A DNA stretch of 64,000 bases, taken from positions 628-64,627 of the forward strand of contig CAWJME010000004.1 in NCBI GenBank assembly GCA_963843895.1, in the 5' to 3' direction. The position numbers and the translations under genes are program-made. The stretch is from an uncultured Actinomycetota bacterium (GTDB lineage: Bacteria; Actinomycetota; Actinomycetes; Actinomycetales; Dermatophilaceae). Positions 40,901 through 50,069 of the stretch are shown piece by piece. Position 1 is the stretch's first letter. Every line of letters starts with the position of its first letter. The notes under the pieces are model-generated. The model saw nothing but the letters and a program-made list of their open reading frames with translations, ran no database searches and had not been told where the DNA came from.

Positions 40901-41890
40901 ATGGGCAAGGGCAAGTCGTCGAAGAAGTCCAAGAAGTCGTCGAGCGAGAAGTCCTCGGGGGTCGACGCCGCCGAGCTGACGGGCAAGGCGGCCGAGAAGG
41001 CGCGCAAGAAGAGGGCCAAGGCCGCCGAGGCGCGCGCCGACGACGCCGTCGAGGCGTCGTCGTGGTCGGACCTGCTCCGCGCGGGCCCCGGCTTCGACCT
41101 CGCGACGGTCGACCCGGGCTCGACGCCCGGCTTCGACGGTGACGAGAGCGACGGAGAGGACGTGATGGCCGACCTCCAGAAGCGCCTCGCCGACCTCCAG
41201 GAACGGCTCTTCGCCGAGTCCAAGGGTGGTGGCCGGCGCTCGGTGCTGCTCGTCATCCAGGGGATGGACACCTCCGGCAAGGGCGGGATCATGCGCCACG
41301 TCGTCGGGGCCGTGGACCCCCAGGGGGTGCGGATCACCGCCTTCAAGGCGCCGTCGGCGGAGGAGAAGCGGCACCCCTTCCTGTGGCGCATCCGCCGGGC
41401 GCTGCCGTCCGCCGGCCAGATCGGCGTGTTCGACCGGTCCCACTACGAGGACGTGCTCGTCGTGCGGGTCCACGAGCTCGTCCCGCGCACGACGTGGGCG
41501 CGGCGCTACAGCCAGATCAACCACTTCGAGCACGGGGTCGTCGAGGAGGGCACGACGATCGTCAAGGTGATGCTGCACCTGTCGCCGGAGGAGCAGAAGG
41601 CTCGCCTCGGGGAGCGCCTCCAGCGGGGGGACAAGTACTGGAAGTACAACCCCGGCGACATCGACGAGCGGGCGCACTGGCTCGAGTACATGGAGGCCTA
41701 CCAGGCCGCGCTCGAGAAGTGCTCGACGGCCGTGGCGCCCTGGCACGTCGTCCCCGCCGACCTCAAGTGGTACTCGCGGCTCGCGGTGACGAACCTGCTG
41801 CTCGAGGCGCTGGAGACGATGGACCCGCAGTGGCCGGCCGCCGACTTCGACGTCGAGGCCGAACGGACCCGGCTGGAGATGTCGCCCTGA
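40901..41890 (+). CDS. polyphosphate kinase 2 family protein with a Lys/Ser-rich N-terminal tail
   Basis: ATG 40901 in track ORF 40808..41890. GMDTSGKGG Walker A; FLWRIRRALP; FDRSHYEDV; KWYSR. N-terminal MGKGKSSKKSKKSSSEKSS. Confidence 0.85.
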   Translation: MGKGKSSKKSKKSSSEKSSGVDAAELTGKAAEKARKKRAKAAEARADDAVEASSWSDLLRAGPGFDLATVDPGSTPGFDGDESDGEDVMADLQKRLADLQERLFAESKGGGRRSVLLVIQGMDTSGKGGIMRHVVGAVDPQGVRITAFKAPSAEEKRHPFLWRIRRALPSAGQIGVFDRSHYEDVLVVRVHELVPRTTWARRYSQINHFEHGVVEEGTTIVKVMLHLSPEEQKARLGERLQRGDKYWKYNPGDIDERAHWLEYMEAYQAALEKCSTAVAPWHVVPADLKWYSRLAVTNLLLEALETMDPQWPAADFDVEAERTRLEMSP

Positions 41891-41914
41891 CCGGGGTTGC
41901 CCGCCGCGTGCCGA

Positions 41915-43567
41915 TCAGGCCGGCAGCGCCCGGTCGATGACGGCCTGAGCAGCCCCGGCGCCCACCCCGGCGTCGAGGGTGCCGAAGACCGCGCCCCGGT
42001 CACCCCGCACCCGGGAGGCGAGGAACGCGTCGGCGACGGGCGCCGGGGAGTGCCGCACGAGCAGGCTCGCCTGGAGCGTCGTCGCGAGCAGCTCCACGAG
42101 CCGGCGCGCACCCCACGGCGCGTCCTCGGCCAGCGCCCCGGCGACGGCCACGCCGCACGCGTCGATGGCCGCGTCGAGGTCGCGGTCGTGGCCGCGGGCC
42201 AGGGCGAGCTCCTTGTCGAGCGCGGCCACGGAGGCCGGTTCGCGGGCGATCGCCCGGAGCACGTCGAGCGCCCCGACGTTGCCCGAGCCCTCCCAGATCG
42301 AGTTGAGCGGGGCCTCCCGGTAGAGCCGGGCGAGCCCGTTCTCCTCGACGTAGCCGTTGCCGCCGAGGCACTCCAGCGCCTCGGCGACCATCGGGGAGGT
42401 GCGCTTGCAGACCCAGAACTTGCCGAGCGCCACGCCGAGCCGGACGAGGTCGGACTCGCCGTGGTCGACCGCGTGGGCGAGCCGCATCGCGAGGACGGTC
42501 GCGGCCTCGGACTCCAGCGCGAGGTCGGTGAGGACGTTGCGCATCAGCGGCTGGTCGACGAGGTGGGCGCCGAAGGCGGAGCGGTGGCGTGCGTGGTGCA
42601 CGGCCCGGGTCAGCGCCGCGCGCATCGTCGCGGTCGAGCCGAGGACGCAGTCGAGCCGGGTGGAGGCGACCATGTCGATGATGGTGCGCACCCCGCGTCC
42701 CTCGTCGCCGACCCGGAGGGCCCACGCCTCGTCGAGCTCGATCTCCGAGGACGCGTTCGAGCGGTTGCCGAGCTTGTCCTTGAGCCGCTGGAGCCCGATG
42801 GCGTTGCGCGTCCCGTCGTCGAGGACGCGGGGGAGGAGGAAGCACGTGACGCCGGCGTCGGTCCGGGCCAGGACGAGGAACCCGTCGCTCATCGGGGCCG
42901 AGCAGAACCACTTGTGGCCGGTGAGCCGGTAGGTCTCGCCCTCGACCGGGCCGCCGGGCGCCGCCACGGCACGGGTGGTGTTGGCCCGCACGTCGGAGCC
43001 ACCCTGCTTCTCGGTCATCCCCATCCCGACCGTGAGGCCGGGCTTGTCGGCGCGGGGCCGCAGCACCGGGTCATAGGCGCGGGAGGCGAGCCCGGGGAGC
43101 CAGCGCCCGGCGAGGTCGGGGGCGGCCGCCAGCGCCGGGGCGGCGGCGTACGTCATCGAGACCGGGCACAGGTGGCCCGCCTCGACCTGCGACCAGAGCA
43201 CGAACCCGGCCGCGCGCCGCGCGTGGGCACCGGTGCCCACGGGGCGGGTCCACGCCTCGGCGGTCAGCCCCTCGCCGACGGCCACCTCCATGAGCCGGTG
43301 GTAGGCGGGGTGGTACTCGACCTCGTCGAGGCGCTCACCGGTCGGGGCGTGGGTGCGCAGCACCGGGGTCACCCGGTCGGCCTGGTCCGCCCAGGCCCGG
43401 ACCTCGGCCGTCCCGGCGAGCCTCCCGAGGTCGTGGAGGGCCGCTGCGCCGTCCGGGTCGTCCGGCGACACCCAACGTTCGACGGCCTCGGCGAGGGCGG
43501 TGTCGGACGCCAGGACGTCATGGGCCGGGAGCGGCGGGACCTGGTTCGTCACGTCGTGGGTGCGCAC
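41915..43567 (-). CDS. acyl-CoA dehydrogenase family protein (AidB-like)
   Basis: Track ORF, 550 aa. MTEKQGGSDVRANTT, KWFCSAP and GGNGYVEE motifs. Confidence 0.8.
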   Translation of the reverse strand: MRTHDVTNQVPPLPAHDVLASDTALAEAVERWVSPDDPDGAAALHDLGRLAGTAEVRAWADQADRVTPVLRTHAPTGERLDEVEYHPAYHRLMEVAVGEGLTAEAWTRPVGTGAHARRAAGFVLWSQVEAGHLCPVSMTYAAAPALAAAPDLAGRWLPGLASRAYDPVLRPRADKPGLTVGMGMTEKQGGSDVRANTTRAVAAPGGPVEGETYRLTGHKWFCSAPMSDGFLVLARTDAGVTCFLLPRVLDDGTRNAIGLQRLKDKLGNRSNASSEIELDEAWALRVGDEGRGVRTIIDMVASTRLDCVLGSTATMRAALTRAVHHARHRSAFGAHLVDQPLMRNVLTDLALESEAATVLAMRLAHAVDHGESDLVRLGVALGKFWVCKRTSPMVAEALECLGGNGYVEENGLARLYREAPLNSIWEGSGNVGALDVLRAIAREPASVAALDKELALARGHDRDLDAAIDACGVAVAGALAEDAPWGARRLVELLATTLQASLLVRHSPAPVADAFLASRVRGDRGAVFGTLDAGVGAGAAQAVIDRALPA

Positions 43568-43590
43568 TGCTTCAGGCTACGGCGGATACC

Positions 43591-44739
43591 GTGGGGCGCA
43601 TGACCGACGCGAAGCACCGCGTGCGCCGGGTCATCGCGAAGGTCCCGGGGGCGTTGCCGATCGCCCGGCTCACCGTCGTGACGACCCGGGTCTGCCTGCG
43701 GTACCGGGTGACCGGCCTGGCCTCCGAGGCCGGGTTCTTCGCGCTGCTGTCGCTGCCGCCGCTGGTCCTCGGGCTCTTCGGTGGCCTCGGCTACCTCAGC
43801 GGGCCGCTCGGTCGCGACAACGTCGTCGACGTCCGCGACAGCATCCTGCGCTACGCGGGGCAGTTCCTGACGCCCGACGTCATCCAGAGCGTCCTCGGTC
43901 CGACCGTCGACGACGTCTTCAAGGGTGGCCGCGCGGACCTGCTCTCCATCGGGTTCGTCCTGTCGCTGTGGTCGGGCTCGCGCGCGCTCAACGTCTTCGT
44001 CGACACGATCTCGATCATGTACGGGCAGTCCGGGGTGCGCGGCATCGTCCGGACCCGGGCGCTGTCGTTCTCGCTCTACGTCGTGGCCCTCGTCATGGGG
44101 ATCATCACGATCCCCCTCGTGCTCCTCGGTCCGACGATCCTCGGCGACCTCCTGCCGAAGCCCTGGGACACCCTGACGATCCTCTACTGGCCGCTCGTCA
44201 CGCTGCTCACCGTGGGCGGCCTCACGAGCCTGTACCACGTGTCGACACCGCGCCGCTCGCCGTGGCTGCGCGATGCACCCGGCGCGGTGCTCACCCTCGT
44301 CATCTGGGCGCTCGCCTCGTTCGTCGTCCGGGGCACCATCGCCGCCTCGCTCGGCGGGGCCTCGATCTACGGCCCGCTCTCGGCGCCCATCGTCATCCTG
44401 ATCTGGCTCTACGCGTTGGCCATCGCGGTCCTCATCGGCGCGGCGCTCAACGCGGCGATCCGCGAGCTGTGGCCCGCCGAGGAGCGACGAGCGCTGCACA
44501 CCCGGGTCCTGGACCGGGTCCGCGACCTGCGTGAGCGCGGGCCGCTGCCGGCGACGACCGCCGCGCGCGTCGACCCGTTCGAGGGGTACGCGCACGCGGA
44601 CGAGCCGTCCGACGAGCTCGACCTGCGCAGCCTGCGGGAGGCGGCGAACCGGCCGTTGACGCCGCTCGCGAACGCTCCGACGGACGGGCGCACCCGCACC
44701 GCGAAGGACCCGGTGGCGGCGGTCGAGTCCGAGCACTGA
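43591..44739 (+). CDS. YihY/BrkB-family membrane protein
   Basis: Track ORF. GLASEAGFFALLSLPPLVL, LWSGSRA and about 6 TM helices. Alternative ATG at 43600. Confidence 0.75.
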   Translation: MGRMTDAKHRVRRVIAKVPGALPIARLTVVTTRVCLRYRVTGLASEAGFFALLSLPPLVLGLFGGLGYLSGPLGRDNVVDVRDSILRYAGQFLTPDVIQSVLGPTVDDVFKGGRADLLSIGFVLSLWSGSRALNVFVDTISIMYGQSGVRGIVRTRALSFSLYVVALVMGIITIPLVLLGPTILGDLLPKPWDTLTILYWPLVTLLTVGGLTSLYHVSTPRRSPWLRDAPGAVLTLVIWALASFVVRGTIAASLGGASIYGPLSAPIVILIWLYALAIAVLIGAALNAAIRELWPAEERRALHTRVLDRVRDLRERGPLPATTAARVDPFEGYAHADEPSDELDLRSLREAANRPLTPLANAPTDGRTRTAKDPVAAVESEH

Positions 44740-44767
44740 GCCGGAGGCCGCGCGGGGTGGTCCCGGT

Positions 44768-44797
44768 TTGGAGTTCGCCGCGCGGATCGGCTACTGT
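44768..44797 (+). promoter_or_regulatory. candidate sigma-A-type promoter for the tRNA cluster (TTGGAG-18 nt-TACTGT)
   Basis: Hexamers read by eye about 50 nt upstream of tRNA-Gly. Not scored. Confidence 0.3.
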
Positions 44798-44847
44798 CTC
44801 GGAGCACGCCAAGCGGGGATTCCGGCCGGAATCGTCGCCGGACGCGC

Positions 44848-44920
44848 GCGGATGTAGCTCAGTTGGTAGAGCGCAACCTTGCCAAGGTTGAGGTCGCCGG
44901 TTCGAACCCGGTCATCCGCT
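44848..44920 (+). tRNA. tRNA-Gly (anticodon GCC)
   Basis: Hand-folded cloverleaf: acceptor GCGGATG/CATCCGC; anticodon stem CAACC/GGTTG with loop TTGCCAA; T-loop TTCGAAC. Confidence 0.9.
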
Positions 44921-44943
44921 CGGAGGGTTAGCCGCCCCCCAAT

Positions 44944-45014
44944 GGTGGAGTGGCCGAGAGGCGAGGCAGCGGCCTGCAAAGCCGCGTACACGGGTTCAAA
45001 TCCCGTCTCCACCT
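44944..45014 (+). tRNA. tRNA-Cys (anticodon GCA)
   Basis: Acceptor GGTGGAG/CTCCACC; anticodon stem GCGGC/GCCGC with loop CTGCAAA; T-loop TTCAAAT; discriminator T. Confidence 0.9.
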
Positions 45015-45031
45015 CGAGTAGTACCCCCCTC

Positions 45032-45103
45032 GGGCGATTGGCGCAGTGGTAGCGCGCTTCCTTGACACGGAAGAGGTCACTGGTTCAAACCCAGTATCGC
45101 CCA
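45032..45103 (+). tRNA. tRNA-Val (anticodon GAC), CCA encoded at 45104-45106
   Basis: Acceptor GGGCGAT/ATCGCCC; anticodon stem CTTCC/GGAAG with loop TTGACAC; T-loop TTCAAAC. Confidence 0.9.
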
Positions 45104-45117
45104 CCAGATCACCGCAG

Positions 45118-45145
45118 GTCAGAGCCCCTTTCGAGGGGCTCTGAC
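45118..45145. terminator. 12-bp perfect stem hairpin GTCAGAGCCCCT-TTCG-AGGGGCTCTGAC between tRNA-Val and the convergent ABC permease
   Basis: Read directly. Confidence 0.65.
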
Positions 45146-45191
45146 TCGTGTGCGGGGCATCCGAGAACCCGGACCGCTCCTGAGCCCGAGG

Positions 45192-46058
45192 TCAGACGTC
45201 CCGGCGGCGGAAGACGTAGCCGGCGGTTCCGAGTGCCAGCACGAGCCATGCGAGGAACACGGCCACGGCCGCGCCGACCGGGAGCATGTCCGTGGGGACC
45301 GTGATCGAGTCGAAGGACGAGGCGGCGTTCGACGGCAGGTACTTGAGGACTCCGCTCCAGGAGTCCGGGAGCAGGGCGCCGATGATCCCCGGGAGGATGA
45401 GGAGCCCGCCGACGAGGGTCGAGATGCTGCCCGCCATGCTGCGGAAGAGGAAGCCGAGCGACAGGCCGAGCAGCCCGACCCCGAGGAGGTAGGCGACGGT
45501 GCCGACGGCGGCCCAGGCGGCGTCCCCGAGCGTGACGGTCGCCGCGCCGCCACTCGAGAGGATGGACATCCCGATCCAGAAGGCACCGAGAACCCCGACG
45601 ACGACGGCCGGCAGCAGGGCGACGGTCAGCGTCACGGCCTTGGCGCCGAGCACGGCCAGACGTCGTGGGACGGCGGCGACGGACGTCCGGATCATGCCGG
45701 AGGTGAACTCGCGCGCGCCGACGAGCGCGCCGAGGGTGCCGACGAGGAGGACGGCGAAGGTCAGGCCCGTCATCACGAGCGAGAAGGGGTCGGAGGCGAA
45801 CCGGCCCGGCCCGCCGTCCCCGTCGGCGGTGGTGACCTCGCCGGTCGACATCGCGGCCGCGAGGGCTCCGAAGCCGATGAGCACGCCGACGACGACGACC
45901 AGCATCGTCGTGGTCGAGCGCACCGACCAGAGCTTGATCCACTCCGAGCGGAGCACGTGCCACAGGGTGAGCCGCGCGGCTCCGGGCCGCGTGGTGACGG
46001 CACGGGTCGGCGTCGTGGGGGCATCCGACGTGGTCGGAGTCTGCAGGTCGGTGCTCAT
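45192..46058 (-). CDS. ABC-2 type transporter permease
   Basis: ATG 46058 overlaps the ATPase stop (ATGA). C-terminal part of track ORF 45192..47927. LRSEWIKLWSVRST and 6 TM helices. Confidence 0.8.
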   Translation of the reverse strand: MSTDLQTPTTSDAPTTPTRAVTTRPGAARLTLWHVLRSEWIKLWSVRSTTTMLVVVVGVLIGFGALAAAMSTGEVTTADGDGGPGRFASDPFSLVMTGLTFAVLLVGTLGALVGAREFTSGMIRTSVAAVPRRLAVLGAKAVTLTVALLPAVVVGVLGAFWIGMSILSSGGAATVTLGDAAWAAVGTVAYLLGVGLLGLSLGFLFRSMAGSISTLVGGLLILPGIIGALLPDSWSGVLKYLPSNAASSFDSITVPTDMLPVGAAVAVFLAWLVLALGTAGYVFRRRDV

Positions 46059-47014
46059 GCTGCGTCCTGGTCCGTGGCGCGGGTGGCGCCGGTCTCGAGG
46101 CGGTGGTCGGTCGGGCTGCCGTGGAACTCGACGGCATCGCGGGTCATGGTCATGAAGGCCTCTTCCAAGGAGGGCTCGATGGGGGTGAGCTCGTGGAGGA
46201 CCACGCCGGCCTGTGCCGCGCGGATGCCGATCTCCCGGGCCGTGAGCCCTTCGACGTCCAGCACGCCGGGCTCGGAGGAGGTCACTGCCACACCGGGAGC
46301 GGCGAGCAGGTCGCGCAGGGCCGAACCGTCCGGCGTGACGACGTGCACGTGGTTGCCCGTCGCGTCCGCGATGAACTGCTGCATCGGCAGGTCGGCCATC
46401 AACCGGCCGCGACCGACGACGAGCAGGTGCTCCGCGGTCAGCTCCATCTCGCTCATCAGGTGCGAGGACAGCAACACCGTGCGTCCTTCGTCGGCCAGCT
46501 CCTTGAGAAGGTTCCGGATCCACAGGATCCCGTCCGGGTCCAACCCGTTGACGGGCTCGTCGAGCATGACGACCTCCGGGTCGCCGAGCAGGGCTGCGGC
46601 GATCCCGAGCCGCTGTCCCATGCCGAGCGAGAAGGACCCGGCCTTCTGCCGGGCGACGTCGGTCAGCCCGACCACCTCGAGCAGCTCGTCGACCCGGCCG
46701 GCGCCGAGGCCGACGGTGGCTCCGAGTGCCAGCAGGTGGGCCCGGGCCGACCGTGCGTTGTCGGCGTTGCGCGCGTCGAGCAGGGCCCCGAGCTCGCGAA
46801 TGGGCGCCGGCGAGTCGACGTAGTTGCGGCCGTTGACCAGGGCGTGGCCCGACGTCGCCCGGTCGAGCCCGAGGATGAGTCGCATCGTGGTGGACTTCCC
46901 GGCACCGTTCGGGCCGAGGAAGCCGGTGACGACGCCCGGCCGGACGGTGAAGGTGAGGTGGTCGACGGCGAGGTTGTCGCCGAACCGCTTCGTCAGCTCG
47001 TGGACTTCGATCAT
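46055..47014 (-). CDS. ABC transporter ATP-binding protein
   Basis: ATG 47014 (MIEVHELTKRF) in track ORF 46055..47068. GPNGAGKSTT Walker A, FSLGMGQRL signature and VVMLDEP Walker B. Confidence 0.9.
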   Translation of the reverse strand: MIEVHELTKRFGDNLAVDHLTFTVRPGVVTGFLGPNGAGKSTTMRLILGLDRATSGHALVNGRNYVDSPAPIRELGALLDARNADNARSARAHLLALGATVGLGAGRVDELLEVVGLTDVARQKAGSFSLGMGQRLGIAAALLGDPEVVMLDEPVNGLDPDGILWIRNLLKELADEGRTVLLSSHLMSEMELTAEHLLVVGRGRLMADLPMQQFIADATGNHVHVVTPDGSALRDLLAAPGVAVTSSEPGVLDVEGLTAREIGIRAAQAGVVLHELTPIEPSLEEAFMTMTRDAVEFHGSPTDHRLETGATRATDQDAA

Positions 47015-47155
47015 GGGGGAGGCCTCCGTCGTGGTGTGTCCCCAGCCTCCCGGGTGGCACCGCTGCACGTCGTCGTCCCACCGCAGACACCTGAGCCGTA
47101 CTGCGTCCGCAGTACGGCTGCCTGGGACGGCGCGGGCCGACGCACGGCGGCGCCC

Positions 47156-47815
47156 TCAGGGTGTGACGAGGCCGGCCTGGTAGGCCATCACCACGAGCTG
47201 GGCCCGATCTCGCGCACCCAGCTTCGCCATGGACCGGTTGACGTGGGTCTTGGCGGTCAGGGGCGACACGAACAGATCGGTCGCGATCTCGTCGTTGGTC
47301 AGCCCGCGGGCCACGAGCCTCACGACCTCGGTCTCCCGCTCGGTGAGCCCCTCCAGGGCGCCCGGACCGGCACTCGGGCCGGTGGGCACCGCGAGCATCC
47401 TCGAGATGAGGCTCCGGGTCGCCGAGGGGGAGAGCAGTGCCTCGCCGGCCGCCACGACCCGGATCGCCTCGAGCAGCGCCGTGGGCTCCACGCCCTTGCC
47501 CAGGAACCCGCTGGCGCCCGCCCGCAGCGCAGCCACGACGGCGTCGTCGGACTCGAACGTCGTCAGCACGAGCACGCGCACGTCGCGGAGGTCGGGGTCC
47601 GCGGTGATCAGCTCGGTCGCGGAGAGCCCGTCCGTTCCCGGCATCCGGATGTCCATGAGGACGACGTCGGGTCGCGTGTCCCGCGCGAGGGCCACCGCCT
47701 CGGCACCGTCGACCGCCAGAGCGACGACCTCCAGGTCTGCCGCCGAGCCGACGATCGCGGCGAACCCGGCCCGGATGAGGGCCTGGTCGTCGGCGATCAG
47801 GACACGGATGGTCAT
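47156..47815 (-). CDS. NarL/LuxR-family response regulator
   Basis: Track ORF. VLIADDQ, VVLMDIRMPG receiver motifs; C-terminal LTERETEVVRLVARGLTNDEIA HTH. Confidence 0.9.
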   Translation of the reverse strand: MTIRVLIADDQALIRAGFAAIVGSAADLEVVALAVDGAEAVALARDTRPDVVLMDIRMPGTDGLSATELITADPDLRDVRVLVLTTFESDDAVVAALRAGASGFLGKGVEPTALLEAIRVVAAGEALLSPSATRSLISRMLAVPTGPSAGPGALEGLTERETEVVRLVARGLTNDEIATDLFVSPLTAKTHVNRSMAKLGARDRAQLVVMAYQAGLVTP

Positions 47816-48995
47816 GGGACCCGGACCGCGCGCTCGGGAACGACAGGGAGCTCGGCGTGCACCCCGAAGGCGCCGTCCCCGCGCGGGCCCACCTCGAGCG
47901 TTCCGCCGGCCGCGTTGACGCGCTCACGCATCCCCACCAGGCCGTGACCGGGCGCCCCGGTCGGCGTGGGCCCGAGCGGGTTGGTCACCTCGATCCGCAC
48001 GCCGTCATCACGGTGCGCGATCTCCACGACCGCCGAGCCGCTGCCGTGCTTGCGGGCGTTGGTCAACGCCTCCTGCACCAGCCGGTGGGCGGCGAGGTCG
48101 ACGACGGGTGGCAGAACCACCGGCGACCCGGAGACCCGGAGGGTGACCGCCAGCCCGGCGCGGCGGGCGTCGAGTACCAGCGCGTCCACACCGACCAGCC
48201 CGGGCGCCGGGTGGCGCTCATCCCCGGGGCCTCGCGCAGCACCCCGAGGATCGTCGACATCTCGGTGAGCACCGTCTGCCCCGCCTCACGGACGTGGTCG
48301 AGTGCCGCACGCGCCTGCTCGGGGTCGGCGTCGAGCAGGTGCCCCGCGGCGCCCGCCTGCACCGTCATGACCGCGATGTGGTGGGCGACGACGTCGTGCA
48401 GCTCGCGCGCGATGCGCACCCGCTCCTCGGCGACACGACGTTGGGCCTCCTCCTCACGCGTGGCCTCGGCCCGTGCGGCTCGGTCCCGGGCGGCGGCGAT
48501 GATGGCCCGCTGGCTGCGCACGGCGTCACCGACGGCCGCAGGCATCCCGCTCCACGCGAGAACGGCCCACGGTTCGGGACCGGTCCACGTCGCGTCGAGG
48601 GCGAGCACGACCGTGACGACGAGGACCGCGCCGCTGGCCACGGCGGCCAGGACGGCGGTGCGGCGCCGACGCAGCGAGGCCAGCGTGTAGAGGGCGACGA
48701 TCAGGGGCAGCACGGCAGGCGTCGGTCCCTCGCTGGAGACCAGGCCGAGGACAGCCAGCGCGAGGGTGGCCGCCCAGACCGCCTCCGGGTGGCGTCGCCG
48801 GACCACGAGCGCGGCACACCCGAGCACGACGGCCACCTTCGTGACTGCGTCGGGGATGTGGCCGCCATCGCGCCGGACGACGACCAGCAGGACGAGCAGG
48901 ACGAGCGCCAGCAGGGCGTCAGCGACGAGCGGGTGCTCCGTGAGCCAGACCGCGGGCGCCGGGCCGCTGGGGGTCTCGGGGCGCGGCGCGGTCAT
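47812..48995 (-). pseudogene. HisKA_3-type sensor histidine kinase interrupted by a 1-nt frameshift
   Basis: The N-terminal TM region plus ELHDVVAHH H-box lie in the frame of track ORF 48063..49241 (ATG 48995). The HATPase domain (VQEALTNARKHG, GHGLVGMRERV) is in the frame of track ORF 47812..48189. The frames join cleanly at the run CCCCGGGG (48221-48228) if one base is added. Confidence 0.7.
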
Positions 48996-49164
48996 GGCAC
49001 GACGGTAGCGCGGCGCGGATCGGCGGCTCACCGACCACGAGTGCGCGCGTGCAGATGTGACCCGCGTCCTTGTGGGGCCGCGCGGCGAGGGAGACGCTGG
49101 AGGCAGGACGCGGGTGGCCCGCCACCGCGACCGCGCGGTGGGTGTCTCCGGAGAGGACGAACCC

Positions 49165-50052
49165 ATGAACCAGGACATGCTCGCCAAGATCCGGACCGGC
49201 ACCGGCTTCATCGCCGCCCTGGACCAGAGCGGTGGCAGCACGCCGAAGGCCTTGGAGCGCTACGGGATCGCCGGGTCGGCGTACAGCGACGAGGCCGGCA
49301 TGTTCGACCTCATCCACCAGATGCGGTCCCGTGTCATCACGAGCCGGGTCTTCACCGGGGACCGCATCCTCGCCGCGATCCTCTTCGAGCAGACCATGGA
49401 CCGGGAGGTCGAGGGCCTGGGCTCGGCCGAGTACCTCTGGACCCGCAAGCGCATCGTCCCCTTCCTCAAGGTCGACAAGGGCCTCGAGGGCGAGGCGCAC
49501 GGCGTGAAGCTGATGAAGCCCATGCCGGACCTCGACGCGCTCCTGGAGCGCGCCCGGGGCCACGGCGTGTTCGGCACCAAGATGCGCTCGGTGGTCCGTA
49601 CGGCGGACCCCGCGGGGATCGAGGGCGTCGTCGCGCAGCAGTTCGACATCGCCCGGCGCATCCTGGCCGCCGGGCTCGTGCCGATCATCGAGCCCGAGGT
49701 CGACATCCACAACCCCCGGAAGGCCGCGGCGGAGCAGCTGCTCAAGGCGACGCTCCTCACCCACCTCGACCGACTGAGCGAGGGACAGGACGTCATGCTC
49801 AAGCTGACGCTGCCCGACGTGGACGGGGACCACCGGGAGCTCCTCGACCACCCACGGGTCCTGCGCGTCGCCGCGCTCTCGGGCGGCTACTCCCGAGGTA
49901 CGGCGGTCGACCTCCTCGCACGGAACCCGGGAGTCATCGCCAGCTTCTCGCGCGCCCTCACCGAAGGCCTCACCGCCCAGATGTCCGACACGGAGTTCGA
50001 CGAGGCGCTCGACGCCTCCGTGGCGGCCATCTACGCGGCCTCCGCGACGTGA
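49165..50052 (+). CDS. fda: class I fructose-bisphosphate aldolase
   Basis: ATG 49165 is preceded by GGAGAGGA, in track ORF 49057..50052. GFIAALDQSGGSTPKAL, ILFEQTMDREVEG, VPFLKVDKGL, IIEPEV and LSGGYSR. Confidence 0.9.
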   Translation: MNQDMLAKIRTGTGFIAALDQSGGSTPKALERYGIAGSAYSDEAGMFDLIHQMRSRVITSRVFTGDRILAAILFEQTMDREVEGLGSAEYLWTRKRIVPFLKVDKGLEGEAHGVKLMKPMPDLDALLERARGHGVFGTKMRSVVRTADPAGIEGVVAQQFDIARRILAAGLVPIIEPEVDIHNPRKAAAEQLLKATLLTHLDRLSEGQDVMLKLTLPDVDGDHRELLDHPRVLRVAALSGGYSRGTAVDLLARNPGVIASFSRALTEGLTAQMSDTEFDEALDASVAAIYAASAT

Positions 50053-50069
50053 CCGGCGCCCGCTGGGGG

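Noticed and set aside
44791-45012. 73-aa minus-strand ORF
   Set aside because: Lies entirely across tRNA-Gly and tRNA-Cys, so it is an artefact.
45192-47927. 911-aa minus-strand ORF apparently fusing the ABC permease with upstream sequence
   Set aside because: Only the last 288 codons (from ATG 46058) look like an ABC-2 permease. The upstream part is an alternative frame across the ATPase and response-regulator genes, which have their own well-supported frames.
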